Of a stretch of 64,000 nucleotides of DNA, positions 63,999 through 64,000 are shown piece by piece (position 1 is the stretch's first letter; every line of letters starts with the position of its first letter). The stretch lies in NCBI RefSeq assembly GCF_009914755.1, contig NC_060939.1; one strand, 5' to 3'. A program made the position numbers and the translations under genes. The notes under the pieces were generated by a model. It did not search any database. It saw only the letters and a list, made by a program, of their open reading frames with translations, and had not been told where the DNA came from. Source of the stretch: the human T2T-CHM13v2.0 reference genome, Homo sapiens.

Positions 63999-64000
63999 GT

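Overview
AT-rich, Alu-dense primate (human or great-ape) genomic DNA from inside the ARIH1 gene (HHARI, Ariadne RBR E3 ubiquitin ligase), transcribed on the + strand. I can support two coding exons: a 68-nt exon at 27313-27380 ([23 protein letters not shown], UBA-like region) and a 145-nt exon at 54082-54226 (YFDGNLEK...[14 protein letters not shown], start of RING1). They join in frame across a ~26.7-kb intron. From recall these are exons 2 and 3. The rest is intron, holding about 50 Alus plus free monomers, old L1/L2/MIR/CR1 fragments, MER5, Tc2 and Charlie DNA-transposon fossils, four LTR elements and a U13 snoRNA retrocopy. Almost all ORFs in the supplied track are repeat-derived. The most interesting signals concern splicing. 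(i) A candidate 68-nt cassette exon at 6057-6124 matches exon 2 in length and phase; it would be a poison exon if added and an in-frame replacement if swapped. (ii) Inverted Alus bracket exon 2 and exons 2-3, and the 213-nt exon 2-3 circle would be a stop-free ORF. (iii) Exon 3 has a competing upstream acceptor, an AG|GT start and a nearby CA-loop hairpin. Several templated-insertion or fold-back repair scars are also visible. These are hypotheses from sequence alone; repeat boundaries are approximate and family names come from recalled consensus sequences.
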